A model generated the notes under the pieces. It had not been told where the DNA came from, ran no database searches, and was given only the letters and a program-made list of their open reading frames with translations. From positions 11,259 to 75,258 of the forward strand of contig NZ_JAVLBQ010000007.1 in the NCBI RefSeq assembly GCF_031581265.1: DNA of 64,000 bases, read 5' to 3'. Positions within the stretch are counted from its first letter, which is position 1. The number at the start of each line of letters is the position of its first letter. This document shows positions 10,400 to 18,440 of this stretch, one piece after another. The translations under genes and the position numbers were made by a program. Origin of the DNA: Gracilimonas sp. (GTDB taxonomy: Bacteria; Bacteroidota; Rhodothermia; Balneolales; Balneolaceae).

Positions 10400-10545
10400 A
10401 TGAAAAATTAAAGATTAAAATTAGGTATAACGCCTTAAATACTATTGATCATTTTGATCACTAGAATTCGGGACTAAGAAAATATATAGTGTGATTTCAG
10501 TTCATGTATCTTAAGCAAACTAATTTCTAATCTTTAATTTTTCAT
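10400..10545. repeat. Long AT-rich inverted repeat (25/26 nt arms, about 95-nt spacer) just after the dehydrogenase stop
   Basis: atgaaaaattaaagattaaaattag (10400-10424) versus ctaatttctaatctttaatttttcat (10520-10545). They are reverse complements apart from one extra c. Confidence 0.7.
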
Positions 10546-10720
10546 TTTGAGTTCCTCAAAGAATATGAACAAAGACTCTAAAATATACACGGCAGAACAC
10601 TTTGAAGAGGCATATTACACAGTTTTAGAAAAATTGGAAGAAAACGCAACTGACTAGTTAGAGATATATGATTACTGTATAGGTTGGTTTTTTTTATCAA
10701 TTATTGATTTATTATTTAAT

Positions 10721-11441
10721 AAGGGTCAAGAAAACTTAAGCGGTTCTTAACTGATGAATGTTAACAATTTTGGAGAAATATTTTCTTTACGATAATTAAA
10801 CCGAAATTCAGACTCTTTTAGGTGCAAATAGAACGTGAACGGATACATTCCCCGACACTTAACTAATCGGGTTTAGCAAATCCCCAGAACCCTTTAATAC
10901 CATTAATATCACTGGTCGAATTGACAAATTCATTGCAAGCGTGATCAACCCAAAAGTGTTTGGCATACCCCACTCCGTTACAGCCTCTCCATCAATCGGA
11001 GTGAATAATACTTGGGACTCACTTTGCCTCGAATAACACCTTGAAGGCTTTTTTGGAAGCATTTGGAGTAATTTTTGAATACACGTTTCCATTACGTTTA
11101 AAGATACCGAAAACAATGGTTTTACCTCTGGCTACCCGGCCTCGTTTACCTTTGGTCCTGCGGCACCGAAGTAAGATTCATCGACTTCAACTTGCCCACT
11201 AAAAGGGGGCTCTCACAAAGCTGAGCAATGCGAGCACGAATCCCCTTCAAATACTTGTTTACAGAATTAGGACTCAGGTGATTCAATTCGGTTATCTGAG
11301 TGGCGGTCAAATCTAGACAAAAAAGCTTCAAAAGCTGCTTGAATTTACCCTCTGAAATTTTTGAACGGTAAACAAGTTTTTTATTGATTGGCATGCAATA
11401 ACTTACGGAATTATAAATTTCCTTAAGTTATCTTGACCCTT
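10721..11441 (-). mobile_element. IS1595-family (ISXO2-like) insertion sequence relic with intact terminal inverted repeats and a frameshifted transposase
   Basis: TIRs aagggtcaagaaaacttaag (10721-10740) and cttaagttatcttgaccctt (11422-11441) match 19/20. The N-terminal ORF 11146-11394 (FCLDLTATQITELNHLSPNSVNKYLKGIR) is followed by out-of-frame fragments GKTIVFGIFKRNGNVYSKI, IHSD.WRG, GYAKHF.VDH and INGIKGFWGFAK. Confidence 0.75.
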
Positions 11442-11463
11442 TAAAAATACCAATAACGAAACT

Positions 11464-11490
11464 GTAACCTTTTCCCCTGGGATGAGTGTA
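11464..11490 (+). promoter_or_regulatory. ECF-type promoter candidate (GTAAC-N17-GTGTA) upstream of the ECF sigma gene
   Basis: gtaac at 11464-11468, a 17-nt T/C-rich spacer, then gtgta at 11486-11490. It is 36/43 identical to the motif at 13181 and has the same architecture as the one at 14969. Confidence 0.6.
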
Positions 11491-11551
11491 TAAGTATGAA
11501 AACACAAAACCCGGGATAGAAAAGTTGGATTCAACATCGGATAAAGCACTT

Positions 11552-12088
11552 ATGATGAAGGTAAAAAAAGGAGACCTCGATAAGTTAGGTTTGCTTTTTG
11601 AACGGTATAACCGGCCGTTGTTCAGTTTTTTCTATCGGATGTGTAAATGCACTGACACCAGCGAAGATCTTGTGCAGTCCGTATTTGAACGAATCCTGAA
11701 ATACCGAGAGACCTATACCGGCGATGGTAAATTCAGTACCTGGATATTCAGCATAGCCCGAAATGCACACATCGATCATTATCGAAAGAAGCAAAGAGAG
11801 GCCGTGCCGGTTGAAATTTATGAAAACCGGTTGGAGTCAGAAGAGACCGAAGAGCCGGAAGTGATAAACAAAAAAGAGAAAAAAGAATTACTCGAAATTG
11901 CCCTCGATCGTCTGGATGATGAGAAAAGAGAAGTTGTGATATTGAGTCGCTTTGAAGGACTCAAATATAAAGAAATTGCTCAAATCCTGGACACCACGGA
12001 AGGGGCCATCAAAACAAAGATGTTTAGGGCATTAAAAGAGATCAAAGATTTGGTAAACATGTTAAGTGAGGAATGCAGCTATGAATAA
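11552..12088 (+). CDS. RNA polymerase ECF (group IV) sigma-70 factor
   Basis: Region 2 (LVQSVFERILKYRETY, FSTWIFSIARNAHIDHYRK) and region 4 (REVVILSRFEGLKYKEIAQILDTTEGAIKTKMFRALKEI). I moved the start to the ATG at 11552 because the ORF-track GTG at 11486 coincides with the putative -10. Confidence 0.85.
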   Translation: MMKVKKGDLDKLGLLFERYNRPLFSFFYRMCKCTDTSEDLVQSVFERILKYRETYTGDGKFSTWIFSIARNAHIDHYRKKQREAVPVEIYENRLESEETEEPEVINKKEKKELLEIALDRLDDEKREVVILSRFEGLKYKEIAQILDTTEGAIKTKMFRALKEIKDLVNMLSEECSYE

Positions 12089-12872
12089 GAACTATGAACA
12101 ACTTATAGCCGATTATATATCCGGAAACCTGGAACAAGCCGGTAAGAATAGAGTGGAGGAACTTATTGCAAACGGTGAAATTGACTTTACCGAGTTTCGT
12201 GAGCTGGAAAAGATGTATGATGATCTGGATACGATTTCAACTCCCAAACCATCCGATGAGCTGAGTACCCGCTTTTATACGATGCTCGAAAAGGAAAAGA
12301 AGGCTAAAGCAAAATCATGGAGTGAATACCTTATTCACCACATACAAAATGTGGCAGCAGAAATTACGATGCCGCGATTGGCCTACACGGTGGTACTGTT
12401 ATTGATAGGTGGATTTGCCGGGACATTGTTAAATAATAATAACCAAACTCAAATTGAACAGCTGAGTCAGGAGATGCAGGCCATGAAGGAAATGATGATG
12501 GTAAATATGCTCGAAGGCTCATCCGCCGCCGATCGGCTGAAAGCCGTGAATATCAGCACCGAACTCCCCTCAGCCGACACCGAAGCCATACAAGCCCTGC
12601 TTTTCACACTCAATAAAGATTCCAGCGTAAATGTTCGCGTACAGGCTATTGAGGCCTTAAAGCGATTGGGAGATAATGAGTATGTACGCGAGGGATTAGT
12701 ACGCTCCATCGCCAAACAAGAATCCCCTATTGTGATCATTGAACTTGCGGACGCCATGATTGAACTGGAACTCAAAAACGGAGCCTCAGAATTCGAACGT
12801 CTCCTGCAGGAGAGAGAATTCGACTACACCGTAGAACAAAAACTCCAAAGCAGCATCGCTGTACTAATGTAA
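12081..12872 (+). CDS. Membrane anti-sigma factor with a C-terminal HEAT-like repeat domain
   Basis: The ATG at 12081 overlaps the sigma stop (ATGAATAA). It has one TM segment (LAYTVVLLLIGGFAGTLL) and a C-terminus with HEAT-like helices (VNVRVQAIEALKRLGD, PIVIIELADAMIEL). Confidence 0.6.
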   Translation: MNKNYEQLIADYISGNLEQAGKNRVEELIANGEIDFTEFRELEKMYDDLDTISTPKPSDELSTRFYTMLEKEKKAKAKSWSEYLIHHIQNVAAEITMPRLAYTVVLLLIGGFAGTLLNNNNQTQIEQLSQEMQAMKEMMMVNMLEGSSAADRLKAVNISTELPSADTEAIQALLFTLNKDSSVNVRVQAIEALKRLGDNEYVREGLVRSIAKQESPIVIIELADAMIELELKNGASEFERLLQEREFDYTVEQKLQSSIAVLM

Positions 12873-12927
12873 TCCCTCTCTTCAAAAAACCCCCGTCATT
12901 GCTATTACTAAATTAACTTCCAACAAC

Positions 12928-13078
12928 TTGTCACCCAGAGCAGGAAATGAGTTAGGGAGGAATAGATAGTATTACGCGATGGGTCTCAAATATTGATCTG
13001 GCAAGTAGTTTTATTATTTGAGATCCCTCGCGATAAACAACGAGCTCACCATAATTTACGAGCGACTCGGGATGACAA
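12928..13078. repeat. Double-stem palindromic element, copy 1
   Basis: The outer arms are ttgtcacccagagc (12928-12941) and gcgactcgggatgacaa (13062-13078). The inner arms are cgcgatgggtctcaaat (12975-12991) and atttgagatccctcgcg (13016-13032). Confidence 0.7.
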
Positions 13079-13158
13079 TTCTTGGGTAGCATTGTTTTAA
13101 AAAGCCCGGAAAAATACCCTTCGACATTGAATATTCCTCTGTTCAATATTCGATATTC
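13069..13158. repeat. About 90-nt dispersed repeat ending in gaatattcctctgttcaatatt
   Basis: gggatgaca..ttgggtagc.t.gttttaaaaagcccgg...ttcga..gaatattcctctgttcaatattcgatattc parallels 20027-20113, with a 22-nt identical core. Confidence 0.65.
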
Positions 13159-13181
13159 AAATCCCCAACCCCAAAAACCCT

Positions 13182-13208
13182 GTAACCTTTTCTTCTGACA
13201 TCAGTGTA
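13182..13208 (+). promoter_or_regulatory. ECF-type promoter candidate (GTAAC-N17-GTGTA) upstream of the DUF4097 gene pair
   Basis: gtaac at 13182-13186, a 17-nt spacer, then gtgta at 13204-13208. Confidence 0.6.
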
Positions 13209-13254
13209 TAACAATGAAAACACTATAAACGGGAATAGAATAAAGTAATTAATT

Positions 13255-14142
13255 ATGAATTGGATAATACCGTTATTGATATGGGGACTTGGATTTACTA
13301 GTGCCGAACAGCAACCAAGTTCAACGAGCTCATCGTCTGAAGATGTAGAAATGCGAATTCCGGCTTCCGAGTTTAATGCAAAGACCATCTTTCATTTAAA
13401 GAACATAAACGGGACTTTAGAGGCGGTCGGATAGAATGGTGATAACATTCTGATTACCGGTGAGAAGATTATTAAAGACAAATCAGGCAATAGCGGAATA
13501 AATCCCGATGAAATTTACCTGGATCGATTGAGTGGGCAGAACAACCTTTTTGTTTTTGTAAGACACCCTGATGCCGAAATAAAATTAGAAGGAAATGAAC
13601 TGCATTACTCTTTCCACCGAAAGAAAAGGAATCACAGCTATGATGAAAATGAACTCAATTTTGAATTCAACTTACAGATTAAAATTCCGAGAGAAATGAC
13701 GTCGGAACTTTCAACCATTAACGGGAAGGAAGTCAGTATTACCGGTATGTTCAATGGCGCCAGCGCAGGAAATATAAATGGAAATGTGTTTGTAAGTGAA
13801 GTAAGGGGACCTGTCAAAGCTAAAACCATTAACGGGGATGTGAAGGTGGAATATGCAGAAGCTCCCTCAGGAGAAGCAGATTTTGGAACCATTAATGGCT
13901 CTATCGAGGTCATTGCTCCAAAAAATTTATCAGCCCTTGTAACCTTTAAGAGTTTACGCGGTGAATTATATACCGACTTCGAACAAATCAAACATGTATC
14001 AAACCGAAAGAAACGTAATACGGATGGGATGAAACGGTTCAGCATTGACGTTTCCGATGCCATACAATTTGGCGAAGGCGGACCTGAACTGCGTTTCGAA
14101 TTACTAAATGGAAACGCCTACATCAAAAAAATTAAATCATAA
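13255..14142 (+). pseudogene. DUF4097-like (putative adhesin, beta-rich) secreted protein interrupted by one in-frame TAG
   Basis: The ATG at 13255 gives MNWIIPLLIWGLGFTSAEQQ...HLKNINGTLEAVG, then TAG at 13432-13434. The same frame continues NGDNILITGEK... into the 204-aa ORF 13528-14142 (INGNVFV, INGDVKV and INGSIEV repeats). Confidence 0.6.
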
Positions 14143-14153
14143 AAATAACTACC

Positions 14154-14966
14154 ATGAAGAAATTAAAAACAACAATCCTTTTAGGAATCATTATAAGTGC
14201 TTTAACCATCCCGGCACTTGCTCAAAACAGCATTGACGTGCCTCTTTCAAACCCCGGAGAGCCCGGAAAGCTCGTGATCAGTGCCATGTTCTCAGATGAA
14301 ATTGAGGTGCGAACCCATAACCAAAATAACGTGATTGTTAATTATAATGGGGAAGAGCAGCATGAAGACGACAGTGAAGCCATGAAAGACGGGCTTCGCA
14401 GAATTTCCGGGGGCGGACTCGGCCTTGAGGTCACCGAAGAAGATAATGAAGTCCATATAACAACCGGCCCTATGCCCAATGGCGATCTGGAGATGCTGGT
14501 TTTAGTTCCCCGAAACTTTGGGTTGAAGTTGAATACGGTACAGGGAGATGTAAAAGTTTCCGGACTTCGCGGAGAGATGGAAATAAGTGCTGTGAACGGT
14601 GATATTGAGGTGTCCGATGTTGCAGGTACGGTACTGGTCAATAGCGTTAACGGCGATATGAATATAGATTTCACCGCCATCAATCAAGAAAACCCGATGT
14701 CTTTTACCGGGGTGAATGGAGATATGGAGGTCTCATTTCCTGAGGATGCAGCCTTTACAGCAAAAATGAAAACCGAATGGGGCGATGTGTACACCAACTT
14801 TGATATGGATATAGACCGAAGCAGCTCAAAGTCTGAGTCTGACGATGATAATGAGTTTAAAATTGCCATCAATAAATGGATTATAGGACAAGTAAACGGG
14901 GGCGGACCTGAGTTTCTGTTTAAAACATTGCATGGCGATATTTCCATCAGGAAAAAAGAAAATTAA
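14154..14966 (+). CDS. DUF4097-like secreted protein (second paralog)
   Basis: 270-aa ORF with a signal peptide (ALTIPALAQ) and repeated V.GDV.V / VNGDI.V / VNGDM strands. Confidence 0.6.
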   Translation: MKKLKTTILLGIIISALTIPALAQNSIDVPLSNPGEPGKLVISAMFSDEIEVRTHNQNNVIVNYNGEEQHEDDSEAMKDGLRRISGGGLGLEVTEEDNEVHITTGPMPNGDLEMLVLVPRNFGLKLNTVQGDVKVSGLRGEMEISAVNGDIEVSDVAGTVLVNSVNGDMNIDFTAINQENPMSFTGVNGDMEVSFPEDAAFTAKMKTEWGDVYTNFDMDIDRSSSKSESDDDNEFKIAINKWIIGQVNGGGPEFLFKTLHGDISIRKKEN

Positions 14967-14968
14967 GG

Positions 14969-14995
14969 GTAACTTTTTCTTCTGCTCTTCGTGTA
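14969..14995 (+). promoter_or_regulatory. ECF-type promoter candidate (GTAAC-N17-GTGTA) upstream of the DUF5916 gene
   Basis: gtaac at 14969-14973, a 17-nt T/C-rich spacer, then gtgta at 14991-14995. Confidence 0.55.
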
Positions 14996-15082
14996 AGAAA
15001 AAAAATCGTTGGGAGCTGTAATCATTTACCATATAGGTGGTTACAGGGATAGGACTCCTTTCTAACTAAACAAAATATCACT

Positions 15083-17797
15083 ATGAGATTTGTATGCTTA
15101 ACCCTGGGATTACTGTGTTTTGCCATTAGCACACAGGCCCAAAATTCTTATCAAAACACGAGAATAATTGACTCTTTAAAGGAGAAAAATATCAGGTCAG
15201 GTCGCGCAGATTCGCCCTCCCTAAATGCCTTTAAATTAGATAATGATGCACAACTGGAGCTGGATGGTTTAGTGAATGAAGAAGTATGGAATAACCTGCC
15301 AACAGCCACCCATTTTACACAGCGTGCTCCCGATGATGGCGCCCGCGCTACCAAAAGAACAGAGGCAAAAGTACTCTACACCAATTCACATATATATGTA
15401 GGCATAAATGCTTATGATTCTGCCCCTGATTCCATTGTGGCTCCTTTATTTCGAAGAGATGGAAACGAGTCAAGTGATTGGGTCACCGTGGGATTTGACA
15501 GCTACAATGATCAACGAACCGGATTTGTTTTTGGAGTGAACCCCCGGGGCGTTCAAAGAGATTTTATGATTATAAATGATACCAACGAAGATTTTAGTTG
15601 GAATGCCGTTTGGGAAGCAAAAGCTCAAATAACGGACTTCGGCTGGTCTGCCGAAATGAAGATTCCGTTATCGCAGCTTCGCTTTAATGCAAAGGCTGAT
15701 GAACAACAGTGGGGAGTTAATTTCCAGCGTAGTATCGCGCGAACCGGGGAGGATATATTTTGGAAACCCACTCCTCAGTCGGCCTCCGGGATAGTATCAA
15801 ACTTCGCTGAGCTGAATGGAATCAAAAATTTATCTGAGCCAAGACGACTGGAGGTGATGCCATACGTTTCCGCTGATTTAACACGGGTACCTAATCAAAA
15901 TACGGCAAACCCTTATTATGAGCATAACGATTTTGCTGGCCGCCTCGGTGCCGATATAAAATATGGTATAACTTCGGATATGACATTATCAGCTACCATC
16001 AATCCTGATTTTGGGCAGGTGGAAGCGGATCCTGCTGTCATAAATTTAACAGCAAATGAGAATTTCTTTTCCGAAAAACGTCCGTTCTTTTTGGAGGGGA
16101 GGGATATTTTTCAGTTTGGGGAAACAAAAACATTTATGAGATACAACGCTCCAAGGCCTTTCTACTCAAGAAGGATTGGTCGTTCTCCACAGGGTTCTCC
16201 AAGCCGGGCAGACATGAATTCTGAGTATAGCGATGTACCTGACTTTACAACCATTGCTACAGCAGCCAAATTAAGTGGTAAAACTAAGAATGGTTGGTCA
16301 GTTGGGTTATTAGATGCCTACACAGTCCAAGAAAATGCGGATTATACCCTTGGCAATGGAAACAATGGATCTATCGCAGTAGAACCGGCCACCAACTACT
16401 TAGTGGGACGGGTTAAAAAGGATTTCAACAAAGGGAATACCTATGTGGGTGGATTTGCTACAGCAGTAAACCGCTCTCTGGATGGACGCTATTTTGAAGA
16501 TTTCATGCATAGTTCTGCCTATGTTGTTGGAGCGGATTATGAACACCAGTTTGCAGATCAAAAATGGGTAGCAAGCGGAGCATTATCTGTAAGCAGCGTG
16601 CAAGGGAGTCCTGATGCAATCGCAAGAACCCAGCGTTCCCCCGTTCGATATTTCAACAGGGTGGATTCCGATGTATTGTCCGTGGATGAAGATGAAACAG
16701 CCCTTCAGGGGTTTTCAACGGAACTAAGCCTCAAAAAACAAGGCGGCGATGATCCCTGGCTTGCAGCTGTAACCTACTCCCAAACGTCTCCCGGATATGA
16801 GGTCAATGACCTGGGTTTCCAAACCCGTGCAGACTTGAAATGGGTAGGGGGCGTATTGGTATATCGTGAAACAGATCCTGATTTTCTTCGTTATTATGAA
16901 GTTTTTCTTGGCCATGACAGAGGTTGGAATTATGATGGAGATCAAATTCGAAATAGCGTGATGAATGGGGGGTACTTTTCGTTCAATAACCAATGGTCAT
17001 TTAGGTACAATCTTGGTTATAACTTTAAGCAGTACAATGATCGCATTAGTCGAGGCGGGCCTGTTATAGAACGACCTAAGGACTGGAATTTACGTGGGGA
17101 TATCAATACAGATCGCAGTAAAGACATCAGCTTTAACCTCGGTGGAAATATCCGACGGGAAGTAGCCGGTGAATTTGATAATGCAATTTGGGCAAATGTA
17201 AATTATCGTCCAACGAGTTTTATTCAGCTTAGTTTTGGCCCACAATACACCCACCAAGCAGACATAGATCAGTATATTACGGCAGTTGAAGATGACAATG
17301 CCACACATACCTATGGAAAGCGGTATGTCTTTTCAGATATCGAACAGCATACCATTAGTGCCAATCTGCGCCTGAATTGGACTTTTAGTCCCACAATGAG
17401 TTTGCAGACCTACATCAGGCCCTTTGTCTCCACTGGTGATTTCACCTCCTTTAAGGAAGTGGCTCAACCCCGAACCTATAACTATGATGTATACGGGGAA
17501 GATATTGGCTCTATCGAAGAGCAGAATGGAACGTACACTATTGATCCCGATGGCAGCGGAAGTTCTTCTTCATTCAGCTTTGCAGATCCGGACTTCAACT
17601 TCCGTTCTGTACAAGGAAATGCCGTATTCCGTTGGGAATATACCCCCGGTTCAACCCTGTATTTAGTATGGCAACAACAGCGCGAAGACTATTCCCAAAT
17701 CGGCGCCTTTAATCTTGGCGACCAGCTCAACGACCTCTTCGATGCCAAACCAACCAACGTATTCTTAGTAAAACTAAGCTACTGGTTCGGCAGGTAA
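15083..17797 (+). CDS. CBM9-like plus DUF5916 outer-membrane beta-barrel protein
   Basis: 904-aa ORF with a signal peptide. The N-terminus resembles a family 9 carbohydrate-binding module (LDG.VNEEVWN, FTQR.PDDG) and the C-terminal region is long and beta-rich, ending in an aromatic residue plus GR. Confidence 0.7.
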   Translation: MRFVCLTLGLLCFAISTQAQNSYQNTRIIDSLKEKNIRSGRADSPSLNAFKLDNDAQLELDGLVNEEVWNNLPTATHFTQRAPDDGARATKRTEAKVLYTNSHIYVGINAYDSAPDSIVAPLFRRDGNESSDWVTVGFDSYNDQRTGFVFGVNPRGVQRDFMIINDTNEDFSWNAVWEAKAQITDFGWSAEMKIPLSQLRFNAKADEQQWGVNFQRSIARTGEDIFWKPTPQSASGIVSNFAELNGIKNLSEPRRLEVMPYVSADLTRVPNQNTANPYYEHNDFAGRLGADIKYGITSDMTLSATINPDFGQVEADPAVINLTANENFFSEKRPFFLEGRDIFQFGETKTFMRYNAPRPFYSRRIGRSPQGSPSRADMNSEYSDVPDFTTIATAAKLSGKTKNGWSVGLLDAYTVQENADYTLGNGNNGSIAVEPATNYLVGRVKKDFNKGNTYVGGFATAVNRSLDGRYFEDFMHSSAYVVGADYEHQFADQKWVASGALSVSSVQGSPDAIARTQRSPVRYFNRVDSDVLSVDEDETALQGFSTELSLKKQGGDDPWLAAVTYSQTSPGYEVNDLGFQTRADLKWVGGVLVYRETDPDFLRYYEVFLGHDRGWNYDGDQIRNSVMNGGYFSFNNQWSFRYNLGYNFKQYNDRISRGGPVIERPKDWNLRGDINTDRSKDISFNLGGNIRREVAGEFDNAIWANVNYRPTSFIQLSFGPQYTHQADIDQYITAVEDDNATHTYGKRYVFSDIEQHTISANLRLNWTFSPTMSLQTYIRPFVSTGDFTSFKEVAQPRTYNYDVYGEDIGSIEEQNGTYTIDPDGSGSSSSFSFADPDFNFRSVQGNAVFRWEYTPGSTLYLVWQQQREDYSQIGAFNLGDQLNDLFDAKPTNVFLVKLSYWFGR

Positions 17798-17840
17798 TGT
17801 TGGCATAAGTTTCAGTGAGTTAGATTCACAAAATAGAAAA

Positions 17841-17867
17841 GGACATACAACTTGTATGTCCTTTTTT
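17841..17867 (+). terminator. Rho-independent terminator of the DUF5916 gene
   Basis: ggacatacaacttgtatgtcc hairpin followed by tttttt. Confidence 0.8.
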
Positions 17868-17928
17868 ACTTTACGCAATAGCGAGTTGGAAAAATATCAC
17901 CACCAACCCATAAAAACCCCATCATTGC

Positions 17929-18234
17929 TGTAGATGTTAGATAATTCGTTGACACCTACTAGTTAGTTTTTCAAATAATACGTTAAAGTCCTCCCTTGAA
18001 GGAGGTGCCTGACTGAGCAGATGCGAAGTCTGGCGGTGGGTGTTGAAGCTAAGGGCAACACGTCTTTTATTATCTCATTATCTCCATTAATTTTGATTCT
18101 GAGCTGTATCAGACTACATTTTCCTTGGCACCAACACCCCTCAAAATCAGTCAGGAACAACTGACTGATTTATCTCCCCTCCAGGGGAGACTTCACTTTC
18201 CTAAACTTTTGTCAACGAATTATCTAACACCTAC
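17929..18234. mobile_element. 306-bp non-coding MITE-like element with 25-nt TIRs shared with the GIY-YIG cassette
   Basis: TIRs at 17930-17954 and 18210-18234 match 24/25. The interior is a long imperfect palindrome. The element interrupts a CGTCATTGC^GAGG repeat arm. Confidence 0.7.
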
Positions 18235-18342
18235 AATTTCGAGGAAACGTCAAAGTATAATGTCGATTTGGTAAATATAACGACGAAACAATCTCCTGGA
18301 CACAGGCTTGATGTTCACCAACGCGCCCTTAGCAAGTAAGTG

Positions 18343-18417
18343 CCCCAATGGCAGGAGACCCAGCATCTCCATGTTTATTCCGTGCGGGATGACAGCCTCT
18401 AGGTAGTTTCGTTTAAA
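18343..18417. repeat. Dispersed repeat (ccccaatggc.ggagaccc...ccgtgcgggatgacagcc...ggtag.ttcgttt)
   Basis: About 75 nt closely parallel to 19981-20056. Confidence 0.7.
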
Positions 18418-18440
18418 TCTACTCTGAACTCCATAAATGT

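Noticed and set aside
10565-10657. A 30-aa ORF (MNKDSKIYTAEHFEEAYYTVLEKLEENATD) between the hairpin and the IS relic
   Set aside because: It is too short, and I recognise no ribosome-binding context or homology. It cannot be supported from sequence alone.
11486-11551. A 22-codon N-terminal extension of the ECF sigma factor from the GTG at 11486
   Set aside because: The GTG is the conserved gtgta -10-like element shared with two other promoters. Region 2 homology starts after the ATG at 11552.
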